In this document: positions 38,605 through 45,615 of the stretch, piece after piece
How the letters are laid out: every line of letters starts with the position of its first letter
Position numbering within the stretch: position 1 is the stretch's first letter
Origin: a virus
Taxonomy: Duplodnaviria > Caudoviricetes
Reading direction: 5' to 3' (one strand)
DNA length: 46,431 nucleotides
Virus record (IMG/VR): IMGVR_UViG_3300020045_009074
Span: 1 to 46,431 of that record
Translations under genes and position numbers: made by a program
The notes under the pieces: model-generated
What the model was told of the DNA's origin: nothing
Databases searched by the model: none
Seen by the model: the letters and a program-made list of their open reading frames with translations, nothing else

Positions 38605-38930
38605 TGATATTGGCTTGCTGCTACCGGCGCGATCTGCTCTGCGAAGTATGTTACGTTGTGAGAGAGCCCAAGAAAATGCTTTTTGTATTCAGTCGGCCCA
38701 GTTTTGCATGTGACCGCCACAGCGACGGTTTCTTCGGCGCTCCCAAGTGAACATAATCCTTCAATCACCAACATATACTCACCTGTGATGCCGTTGTAAA
38801 ATACAATGCGCCGATTGACTTCAAAGTTATCAGCCGCCTTCGATAGATTGGCCGATGCAATATGTGCATCGCTACAGCCAGTGATGCTCAGTACAGCGGC
38901 CAACAAGCTTATGCAATAAATATTTCTCAT
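38547..38930 (-). CDS. Phage lipoprotein
   Basis: Lipobox SITGC; AS.NLSKAADNFEVNRRIVFYNGIT. Confidence 0.75.
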   Translation of the reverse strand: MRNIYCISLLAAVLSITGCSDAHIASANLSKAADNFEVNRRIVFYNGITGEYMLVIEGLCSLGSAEETVAVAVTCKTGPTEYKKHFLGLSHNVTYFAEQIAPVAASQYHYRVVFKPLAILPDVEIRK

Positions 38931-39076
38931 TTCTTCTTCCTCTTAGCCATTCCAACTGATTTGCGTGCCACATCGAGCGCAATGGCGATCGCTTGTTTTC
39001 TGGGCTTATTCGAGGCAATTTCTTTCTTGACATTGGCTGAAATAATTGCTTTAGATGATCCTTTTTTTAACGGCAT
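38927..39076 (-). CDS. Small basic phage protein (49 aa, absent from the ORF track)
   Basis: AGGAG RBS; MPLKKGSSKAIISANVKKEIASNKPRKQAIAIAL. Confidence 0.7.
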   Translation of the reverse strand: MPLKKGSSKAIISANVKKEIASNKPRKQAIAIALDVARKSVGMAKRKKK

Positions 39077-39100
39077 GATGCTCTCCTTTATGAGTTAAAT

Positions 39101-39469
39101 TTATGATTTCTGCGACACGTTAGGCGATTGTGTTGTTGGTGACGACATGTTTTTGCCGATTTCTGCGGCACAACGAGTGATTGCTAAGCAAGCCGCCGCA
39201 CAAATATCACAATTTGTTTCTGAGGCATCAACGGTAATGTAGATGCGATCTGGATTAAAAGTTTCGCCACTACCGCAGGCAGCATAAAAATCTCTTATAT
39301 AAAGAGTAAGTCGCAGTTTAATTGCCAAACAAAATGCATCATCAAACTTTTCGAGCGGATTCCAACTGGGCGACGGGAGCTTGTCTGGACAATTAAATTC
39401 ATAGCACCAATAGTCTGCCGCCTTGGCCGCTAAAGAAAGTAGTTCTGAGTCTTCGACGTGCTTATTCAT
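39101..39469 (-). CDS. Hypothetical phage protein
   Basis: ELL.LAAKA...WNPL....DAF.LA..L...AITR.AAEIG. Confidence 0.65.
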   Translation of the reverse strand: MNKHVEDSELLSLAAKAADYWCYEFNCPDKLPSPSWNPLEKFDDAFCLAIKLRLTLYIRDFYAACGSGETFNPDRIYITVDASETNCDICAAACLAITRCAAEIGKNMSSPTTQSPNVSQKS

Positions 39470-39635
39470 TTCCAGTCCTTGAAAAATACCAGTGTTCAAG
39501 ATTCAATGGATTTACACTACGCGTTTCGTCTATCACTTCGACTTGCCCGTCTGGGTCGACTTCTAAAATTACACCATAATCTTGACAAAGTTCGGTAAGT
39601 TCATCTATGAATGCATTGAATCTTTCGTTAGTCAT
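39462..39635 (-). CDS. 57-aa protein, paralog C
   Basis: MTNERFNAFIDELTELCQDYGV. Confidence 0.6.
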   Translation of the reverse strand: MTNERFNAFIDELTELCQDYGVILEVDPDGQVEVIDETRSVNPLNLEHWYFSRTGNE

Positions 39636-39876
39636 CTTTTTCCTTTACGCCAAGGTATCTCCTTAACATGTAAGCGATGTCCATCGTTTTAGTATCTTCG
39701 GCATGTCCGCATATCGGGCATTGCCAAGAGCTAATTTCGAGTTCGTTTAACAAACATTCAAGCATTTCTCTATCTTGATTCACCAAATCAGAGCGCGTAT
39801 ATTCAACGCCATCATTAGATGGGATGTCTGATCGAACCCATATTTTCTCAGGCCATGTTTTTGCGTGTTTGTTCAT
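39628..39876 (-). CDS. Hypothetical protein with CPICG
   Basis: PEKIWV..VEYTRSDL; coupled starts and stops. Confidence 0.6.
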   Translation of the reverse strand: MNKHAKTWPEKIWVRSDIPSNDGVEYTRSDLVNQDREMLECLLNELEISSWQCPICGHAEDTKTMDIAYMLRRYLGVKEKDD

Positions 39877-40163
39877 CCCTTATCCCCCGCCATAGCCGCG
39901 TCTAAAGCCTCGATGAATGTTTTTCTATCATTAATTATTGGAATTGGTTTGTCCATATCGAAAACTATTCCACCTTGTCTCGCAATCCAATCGAGTCGTG
40001 CCTCATTTTTCTTGAGTTCGGTTTCAAGTTCGGTTATGCGGCTACCCATTGAATCAAATAATTTTTTCGCATTCTCTTGTGTTAAATCGAATGTCATTTC
40101 TTCAGTCATTTCCATTTCCCCAAATAAGCAACTAAAGCCGCCATCACGCGCGGATTTCCCCAA
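39873..40163 (-). CDS. Hypothetical protein (true start probably internal)
   Basis: ARLDWI...EALDAAM pattern. Confidence 0.55.
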   Translation of the reverse strand: MGKSARDGGFSCLFGEMEMTEEMTFDLTQENAKKLFDSMGSRITELETELKKNEARLDWIARQGGIVFDMDKPIPIINDRKTFIEALDAAMAGDKG

Positions 40164-40242
40164 CGTAGCCGTCCATTACCAAGCGTTCTGTACCATCCAC
40201 CATTCTCACTGATGTGATATGCGAAGTATTTTGAGGGGATTT

Positions 40243-40419
40243 TCATTCAGCATCCGTTTTGTAAAATTTCCATTCGCCGGGACAAATGCCGGCGCGTTCG
40301 AAATTAGGCTCATAAACCTCGATCATTCCATTGCATTTGTCGAGCTCCACGAAAACATTATGTTTTACACATAACTCAGCCAGATCGCTCATAAACGCTT
40401 TGTATTTTTCTTCGGTCAT
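40243..40419 (-). CDS. 58-aa protein, paralog B
   Basis: MTEEKYKAFMSDLAELCVKHNV. Confidence 0.6.
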   Translation of the reverse strand: MTEEKYKAFMSDLAELCVKHNVFVELDKCNGMIEVYEPNFERAGICPGEWKFYKTDAE

Positions 40420-40440
40420 TTCTTACTCTCTTTGGGATTT

Positions 40441-40611
40441 TCATTTGACATCCGTCGCATCGAAACCAAATTGACTCCAAGCAAATGGAATTCCATGGAA
40501 TGGAAGATCTATTATTTCGATAGTATTGAAGTGAGCATATAATGCGACTTGATTTTTTTCGCAAAGTGCCTTTAGTTCGCTCATAAATATTTCGTATTTC
40601 TCTCTAGTCAT
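40441..40611 (-). CDS. 56-aa protein, paralog A
   Basis: MTREKYEIFMSELKALCEKNQV. Confidence 0.6.
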   Translation of the reverse strand: MTREKYEIFMSELKALCEKNQVALYAHFNTIEIIDLPFHGIPFAWSQFGFDATDVK

Positions 40612-40632
40612 CTCTTAATCTCTTTGGGATTT

Positions 40633-40983
40633 TCATTCGGCCAACAACGCACGATTACGCATTACATCAATGTTCTCAACTAAATTCTGTATTTTTGTTA
40701 AAGCCAAAACTTCCTTGTTGATTGCGTGCTTTGGCAAATCTCGCTTGGCCGCCTCATATATATCTAATAAATCAACAACAATATCCTCGTATAATATATG
40801 GAATATCTGATCGGCCAATTGTCTCCTGTAATAAGAAATTATTGTTTCGCGATCAACTCGAAACATTTTCATCTCATATTCGCCGATCTTTCTGGAAACA
40901 TGAATTTGTAGAGTTGACCTTAAAACTGTATTGCCGTGACAGTCTACCTCCATGTCATTTTCAATTTTTTCCCTTAAATTCAT
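40633..40983 (-). CDS. Hypothetical protein
   Basis: GAGGGG RBS before MNLREK. Confidence 0.6.
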   Translation of the reverse strand: MNLREKIENDMEVDCHGNTVLRSTLQIHVSRKIGEYEMKMFRVDRETIISYYRRQLADQIFHILYEDIVVDLLDIYEAAKRDLPKHAINKEVLALTKIQNLVENIDVMRNRALLAE

Positions 40984-41225
40984 TTCTTCCCCCTCATCTC
41001 CATGCAAAGGCGTGCGATCTCGAAAGCATCTTTTACGCAATCAGCGTCTTGGGAATGACTCGCCAACAATCCACTCAACGCATGCCCGACGAAGTGATCC
41101 TCGACGGTGATTATTGTTTTATCTTCACGCTCTTTTAATCGCCCAGCTTCATAGATCGCATTAACCATTTCGTTGAAACTTCCGGGATGGCGTCTAAATT
41201 TATTGCATTCTTCATCGGTTAGCAT
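40980..41225 (-). CDS. Hypothetical protein
   Basis: DHFVGHALSGLLA...AFEIA..ME.R motif common in small phage proteins. Confidence 0.6.
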   Translation of the reverse strand: MLTDEECNKFRRHPGSFNEMVNAIYEAGRLKEREDKTIITVEDHFVGHALSGLLASHSQDADCVKDAFEIARLCMEMRGKK

Positions 41226-41764
41226 TGTTCTTCCTTACGTGCATTCTTTAAGGTTTCTATCAAAATTCTTGCTGATTGCCTTGCGTCGCATAGCGGGTTA
41301 TGCTCAGGTAACTCATCAGGCAGCCTTTCATTCTTCTTTAATGGATCAAGACCATGAGCCAGGAGAATTGATGCCAAGTCATGCAATGGGTATGGGCCTT
41401 CCCATTCTCTTGATTCTGGGTAGTCGTCGACGCATTTTGCTAAAAACCTTGCCTCAACCGGCCATGAGCAATCAGCGATGAGTAGCGCTCCATCTTTTTC
41501 CCATATTTTCCAAGTCGCCCAAAAAAAATCACGCATTTCGCGTTGTGAACTAACGCGAACTACCGGCTTAAAATCATCCAAATAAGGTATATTTTTTTTA
41601 CACCAGTCATGATTATCTGGTGTCCCGGCACACTTTGATTGATCGGAAACGATCAAAATCTCATCAAATACTGTGCCACTCTCATCAATAACAACGCATC
41701 CAACCGCAAATGCATCGCCATGCAGTCCGATTGATTCGACATCAAAAACTATGAATAGTTTCAT
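41219..41764 (-). CDS. DEDDh 3'-5' exonuclease (possibly RNase AS-like)
   Basis: ExoI VFDVES; ExoIII HNPLCDA. Confidence 0.8.
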   Translation of the reverse strand: MKLFIVFDVESIGLHGDAFAVGCVVIDESGTVFDEILIVSDQSKCAGTPDNHDWCKKNIPYLDDFKPVVRVSSQREMRDFFWATWKIWEKDGALLIADCSWPVEARFLAKCVDDYPESREWEGPYPLHDLASILLAHGLDPLKKNERLPDELPEHNPLCDARQSARILIETLKNARKEEQC

Positions 41765-41975
41765 TTAAAAATTCCTATTTTTCATTTTTAATTCTCATGC
41801 TCATTAGTGTGCCAATTAAAAAACTGCAACTCAAGGTTTTTCTCTTCAATAAATTTCATTGCGTCGCCTTTGGTTATTCCAATAATATTATTGATATTTT
41901 CAGAAATAAACTTCGCCTCAGATTCCGCGTCGGGGAATTCTATAACCACGGTGACGGTTTTCATGATTTATCCTT

Positions 41976-42638
41976 TTAAAAGTCACGTGATTTAATTTTT
42001 GCAATAATTCTTTCGCCGCCTCTGGTTTTTAATTCACATGCTGGACGAGCAACGATACCTTCCGCCGGGAAGTCGCCCCATTGAGAGTTAAACCCATTGG
42101 CTGCCATAATTTCAGCGTCGAATAGTGATCCTTGCCCTATGATTGGTACGACATCTAGTGCCAATGTTTTAGCTATATCGACAATGCTGTGACGTTCTAA
42201 CCAATAGCCATTGATTAACACATCGAATAAAATAAAATCTTGGTCTTGTCGGTATCTGTCACCAACTTTTTGAATATTTTTCCCATAGCCCTCACCATAA
42301 AGTGTCACTGCGCCATCAAACTTTGAGCGAAATACATCGATCATCGGCAAAAATTTTTCATTTAATCGATTGGAAAGAATCGCTGGGATTTGACTATTCT
42401 CAGACCTTGCGCCGAAAGTAATTTTCTCGCCATCAAAATGAATACGAATATTTGTGCCATCAACTTTTTCCGTGAAAATCCATTTTGTATTTTGTAGATA
42501 TTCAAACTCGGGTGTACTCCATTGCCCAAGGAGTAATTTTTTCGTTTTTAGGTCACGTTTGTAGATTGTTTGGATTTTGTTATATTCGATCATTAAAGCT
42601 TTCCTCCATATTAAAAATTCAACGTATCTTGTGCTCAA
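41976..42638 (-). CDS. ATP-dependent RNA ligase (Rnl2-like nucleotidyltransferase domain; start likely 42593)
   Basis: Motif I TEKVDGTN, III LYGEGYG, IIIa FILFDV, IV EGIVAR, V IAKIK; no OB domain as in DNA ligases. Confidence 0.85.
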   Translation of the reverse strand: MSTRYVEFLIWRKALMIEYNKIQTIYKRDLKTKKLLLGQWSTPEFEYLQNTKWIFTEKVDGTNIRIHFDGEKITFGARSENSQIPAILSNRLNEKFLPMIDVFRSKFDGAVTLYGEGYGKNIQKVGDRYRQDQDFILFDVLINGYWLERHSIVDIAKTLALDVVPIIGQGSLFDAEIMAANGFNSQWGDFPAEGIVARPACELKTRGGERIIAKIKSRDF

Positions 42639-42951
42639 AAACCCGATGTTTCCACAATCGCCACTTCAAAAACAAGCGTGTGTGTTTGTCTGCTTCTTCA
42701 AAATTAAAGAAGAAGCGTGGAAAGCTATCCGCCCAATCTAAACCGATATTTCCATCAATATTGAGTTGGATGTGACCTCTATCGCAGTAGACTGGCCTGA
42801 GTGTTAAGAAGCAATGGACTTTATTGCCATCAGGATCGGTTACGAAAAGATTCTCAACTCCATAATCATCTAATACCCATTGTGCTTGATCGATTTCAAA
42901 TAAGCCGTTTTTTTTATTCATCATCATTATGGAGCGATTCCAATATCCCAA
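42619..42951 (-). CDS. Hypothetical protein
   Basis: Operon packing; directly upstream of the ligase. Confidence 0.6.
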   Translation of the reverse strand: MGYWNRSIMMMNKKNGLFEIDQAQWVLDDYGVENLFVTDPDGNKVHCFLTLRPVYCDRGHIQLNIDGNIGLDWADSFPRFFFNFEEADKHTRLFLKWRLWKHRVFEHKIR

Positions 42952-43199
42952 GAATAGGTATTCACTCCTTCTTCCCCATAATTAAAGTCGCGAACAAATT
43001 TTTGATACTGTTCGCTTTCTCCAAATTTTTCATAGACATATGGCGACCCATTGCAATCGAACGCGTGTGTGACAATTATTGGGCATCCCGTAAGCGCTCT
43101 AACCATTTGGTCTATCGCCCATAATTTATGATGAGCTCCATCGGAGCTATTAAAAAATGCAATTTCAAGTGCTTTTTCAATGCGATCATATCCACTCAT
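42927..43199 (-). CDS. Hypothetical phage protein
   Basis: DGAHHK.W.IDQMVRALTG...WD.GIAP; GAGAG RBS. Confidence 0.65.
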   Translation of the reverse strand: MSGYDRIEKALEIAFFNSSDGAHHKLWAIDQMVRALTGCPIIVTHAFDCNGSPYVYEKFGESEQYQKFVRDFNYGEEGVNTYSWDIGIAP

Positions 43200-43216
43200 A
43201 ATCTCTCTCTTTAAAA

Positions 43217-43334
43217 ATTGTTGGTGACCGGAGCCGACCCGGCTTGTGGGTGAGCATGTTCGGACGTAGCTATGCATCAACGTTGCCCACACGTATCCTC
43301 TCTGCGCCTCGTCACTGCGCTAAACACCAACAAT
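43217..43334 (-). ncRNA. tRNA-like module E1
   Basis: 10-bp closing stem; GCGC-AGTGACGAG-GCGC; long middle arm; GCCGG-GTCGGCT-CCGGT stacked on the closing stem. Confidence 0.7.
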
Positions 43335-43467
43335 AGAGCCGGCTGGAATCGATACCAGCTCTCTGCTTGACTGTATGAGCTCATGAACGCAGAGTTTTAC
43401 ACATAACCACATTCATCCGTGGTGTGGCGTGAGCACTTCCTTGAGTACGGCGGCTCTATTGTTGATG
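43325..43467 (-). ncRNA. tRNA-like module E2
   Basis: 17-bp closing stem; GTACT-CAAGGA-AGTGC; two middle arms; T arm GCTGG-TATCGATT-CCAGC. Confidence 0.75.
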
Positions 43468-43474
43468 CTAAATA

Positions 43475-43630
43475 CCAACAAAGAAGGCGGCTGGTCATTA
43501 CTCCAGCGCGGACATTACTATGACCTATGTCCCTTGTCAGCAAGGTACGCACGAACCGAGTAGCGCGCCTCTCATATTGATTTCTCGTTTTTGCGTTTCT
43601 ATGATTTCAATGCCGCACCTTCTTTGTTGG
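43475..43630 (-). ncRNA. tRNA-like module E3
   Basis: 15-bp closing stem; CG-GCATT-GAAATCATAGA-AACGC; T-like GCTGG-AGTAATGA-CCAGC. Confidence 0.75.
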
Positions 43631-43695
43631 CTCTCGTCTCTCCGAGATGTCACGTCTACTCCTTATGCTCACCAAAAGCCCGGTGGACGTTCACG
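43631..43695 (-). ncRNA. Two-hairpin structured element M
   Basis: ACGTCCAC...GTAGACGT-GACA-TCTCG-GAGAGA-CGAGA. Confidence 0.5.
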
Positions 43696-43727
43696 TTGGG
43701 TACTTTACTACTGCATTGGCTCTATTA

Positions 43728-43887
43728 CTAATAATTCATGGGGCTAGTCGCTACGCTAGCTTTATGCGAAAGACTGTTCCGATTTGACGGCTTTAGCTGC
43801 CCGTACAGAGGCGTCTTGCAATGTACTGTCGGTAAGACTCCTTCGGTTGCGTGTCTGCGATTCTCCACGCCGCCCATGAATTATTAG
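43728..43887 (-). ncRNA. tRNA-like module E4
   Basis: Perfect 15-bp closing stem; CG-GCGTG-GAGAATCGCAGA-CACGC; T-like GCTAG-CGTAGCGA-CTAGC. Confidence 0.75.
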
Positions 43888-43888
43888 C

Positions 43889-43909
43889 CCTGGCACTTAC
43901 CCGGCCAGG
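43889..43909 (-). ncRNA. Linker hairpin L3
   Basis: CCTGGC-CGGGTAAGT-GCCAGG; loop differs by one base from L1/L2. Confidence 0.65.
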
Positions 43910-43913
43910 TTAG

Positions 43914-44047
43914 GTGTTGATGGCCGGCACTGATTTCCGGCATCACAGTATCGGGCTTTCGCTTCTTTTAGAATCAAATTCAAGGAGTGTGATTCGCAAC
44001 TGTGTACACCCCTGAAATCATGCATCAGCCTGCACATTCATCAACAC
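43914..44047 (-). ncRNA. tRNA-like module E6
   Basis: GTGTTGATG/CATCAACAC stem; GTGC-AGGCTGAT-GCAT; GCCGG-AAATCAGTG-CCGGC. Confidence 0.75.
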
Positions 44048-44160
44048 GGATGAGAGCTGCGAGGCTAATCTATTCATCAGACCTCCCACTAGCGAGGGGT
44101 AGCAAAACAGGATTTTTATTTCCTTAACTGACTTATTCCCAGCTCTCATGCGTTTTGATG
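44039..44160 (-). ncRNA. Long-stem multibranch module E7
   Basis: CATCAAAACGCATGAGAGCTG / CAGCTCTCATCCGTGTTGATG. Confidence 0.6.
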
Positions 44161-44191
44161 CTAAGCACTTACGCGGCCTAGCTTACGTGTT
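44147..44191. repeat. 45-bp direct repeat copy containing linker hairpin L2
   Basis: One mismatch to 44357-44401; offset 210 bp. Confidence 0.9.
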
Positions 44192-44301
44192 GATGAATTT
44201 CAAACACGCTAGGAGTTGAACCTAATCCGGGTACCAGTGGGATTGAAGCCCACCCCGGCCATGGAATCCGTGCCATGCATTTCTGCACATTCATCAACAC
44301 G
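44186..44301 (-). ncRNA. tRNA-like module E8
   Basis: 13-bp closing stem; 5' end identical to E6 over 19 nt (44283-44301 = 44030-44048); T arm TAGG-TTCAACT-CCTA. Confidence 0.7.
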
Positions 44302-44370
44302 ACTGCGGCCTCCGGGCGCACCCCCAACTCTTCCGAAAGTTTGAGTGCTAAAGCCGCATGCGTGTTGATG
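44292..44370 (-). ncRNA. Long-stem module E9
   Basis: CATCAACACGCATGCGGC / GCCGCAGTCGTGTTGATG. Confidence 0.6.
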
Positions 44371-44401
44371 CTAAGCACTTACGCGGCCTAGCTTACGTGT
44401 T
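44357..44401. repeat. 45-bp direct repeat copy containing linker hairpin L1
   Basis: Minus strand GCTAGGC-CGCGTAAGT-GCTTAGC. Confidence 0.9.
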
Positions 44402-44521
44402 AACACTGCGATACTTCCGCTACGACACCTCTTAAACGCTCATCGTGGGGTTCTCGGCAGAGGTTGAGGAGCCCCACAACTTTGTCGCTCACGAATTACG
44501 CCTCAATTGGCGATGTTAACA
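44398..44521 (-). ncRNA. Cloverleaf-like module E10
   Basis: TGTTAACA at both ends; CGCC-AATTGA-GGCG; long arm with GTGGGG/CCCCAC. Confidence 0.55.
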
Positions 44522-44687
44522 AGGAAGATGGCTGGGCTTGATACCAGCTAATAAGATGGATTCGAACCATCATCTTCCGTCAGCAGACGGTGCTTTCCCA
44601 TTAAGCTATTACATTGTGCACAATGGATTTCTCGGCGCACATTACCGATCCCATTGCCGATACGTCCTTCCGTATTGCACCTTCCTT
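44521..44687 (-). ncRNA. tRNA-like module E11 with a nested anticodon-less tRNA (44550-44615)
   Basis: Outer AAGGAAGGTG/CATCTTCCTT, ATACG-GAAGGA-CGTAT, GCTGG-TATCAAGC-CCAGC; inner TAGCTTAATGGGAAAGCA, CCGTC-TGCT-GACGG, GATGGTTCGAATCCATC. Confidence 0.75.
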
Positions 44688-44724
44688 CTTGCCCCTCCTT
44701 TGCTGCGAAGGGCACTCCTAACAT

Positions 44725-45255
44725 TCAGCCATCAATCTTCTCTTGACCACGCCCAGTAATTTTATAAACATCGCCGATTTTTGCAATGTAGCCCCGTTTA
44801 ATGTAATAGCCAAACATGGTCTTGATTGAATCAAAAGTTACATTATTAAGTTGCGCAAATTTCCTGAGTTCATCAAGGCGGTCACCTTTGTTGTCATGCA
44901 TGTAGTTTAGCAAGTCTTTCCAACGTGGCCGTGATTTAGATTTTTCCTTAATGAGGTTGTTTGCACTATCCACACGTCCGTTTTCTGGTTTCACAATAAC
45001 AGTAGATTTTATTCCGGGTTTAATAAGAAGCGGGAAATTTCCTTTCAATGACTTTTTGGATGGTTTTTGTAATTCTTGATAAAGCGCCATCATCGCATCT
45101 AATTCCAAAGACGCAATAGATAAAACTTGTTCGGTTAAGTTTCTTTGCTTTATGAGACTATCGATTTGTTCTTCTTTCTGGGTAATACAAGCCGGCTTAT
45201 TCATGGTGTTTCTTCCTTTGTAATTTGGTATTCTCTCTAGGTTGTTACTGGGCAT
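44725..45255 (-). CDS. Hypothetical protein, possible C-terminal winged helix (start likely 45204)
   Basis: Coiled N-terminus; YIKRGYI.K.G..YKIT..G. Confidence 0.55.
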   Translation of the reverse strand: MPSNNLERIPNYKGRNTMNKPACITQKEEQIDSLIKQRNLTEQVLSIASLELDAMMALYQELQKPSKKSLKGNFPLLIKPGIKSTVIVKPENGRVDSANNLIKEKSKSRPRWKDLLNYMHDNKGDRLDELRKFAQLNNVTFDSIKTMFGYYIKRGYIAKIGDVYKITGRGQEKIDG

Positions 45256-45267
45256 TTCGATGGGTTG

Positions 45268-45615
45268 TCATTTTTGCATGGGGGCCTCCTCAACAATCAT
45301 CCAGTCGTTGGCGAAGATGTCTTCGCTTTCCATATCCTCACTCCAATAACCAGATTCGTAACCATTCGCCTTCCAATATTCACGAGTTATTTTCGCACCC
45401 GCTTTCATCGCCTCCAACGCTTGCGAGAAACTCATGCCGGTTGTTGGTTTGAATTGATCTTTGAATTCTTCCGCATGCATCCATTCCTCTTCACCATCCG
45501 CATATTTAATTACATAGCCATCTGCGAATCCAATCATTCCGCCAATAGTCCATTCTAAGGCGCTTGCGTTTTTTGGCTCAGCATCAACAATTTGCGTTCT
45601 AATGTATTTAGGCAT
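45268..45615 (-). CDS. DUF2829 / Tad2-like putative anti-defence sponge protein
   Basis: MSFSQALEAMKAGAKITREYW ... EDIFANDWMIVE, plus N-terminal GY.IKY.DG...W....F domain. Confidence 0.7.
   Translation of the reverse strand: MPKYIRTQIVDAEPKNASALEWTIGGMIGFADGYVIKYADGEEEWMHAEEFKDQFKPTTGMSFSQALEAMKAGAKITREYWKANGYESGYWSEDMESEDIFANDWMIVEEAPMQK

Noticed and set aside
41976-42638. DNA ligase
   Set aside because: The protein ends right after motif V with no OB domain, and the KVDGTN motif fits RNA ligases
44061-44086. Hammerhead ribozyme (CUGAUGA on the minus strand)
   Set aside because: No following stem II and GAAA; the word is paired in a simple hairpin
44147-44401. CRISPR array
   Set aside because: Only two copies of the repeat, about 165 bp of structured sequence between them, and no cas genes
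44550-44615. Functional decoding tRNA
   Set aside because: 4-nt anticodon loop, incomplete acceptor stem, no CCA
43520-44759. ORFs 43520-43747, 44178-44378 and 44538-44759
   Set aside because: No clear RBS or protein-like features; two are antisense to the operon; the region is better explained by RNA structure
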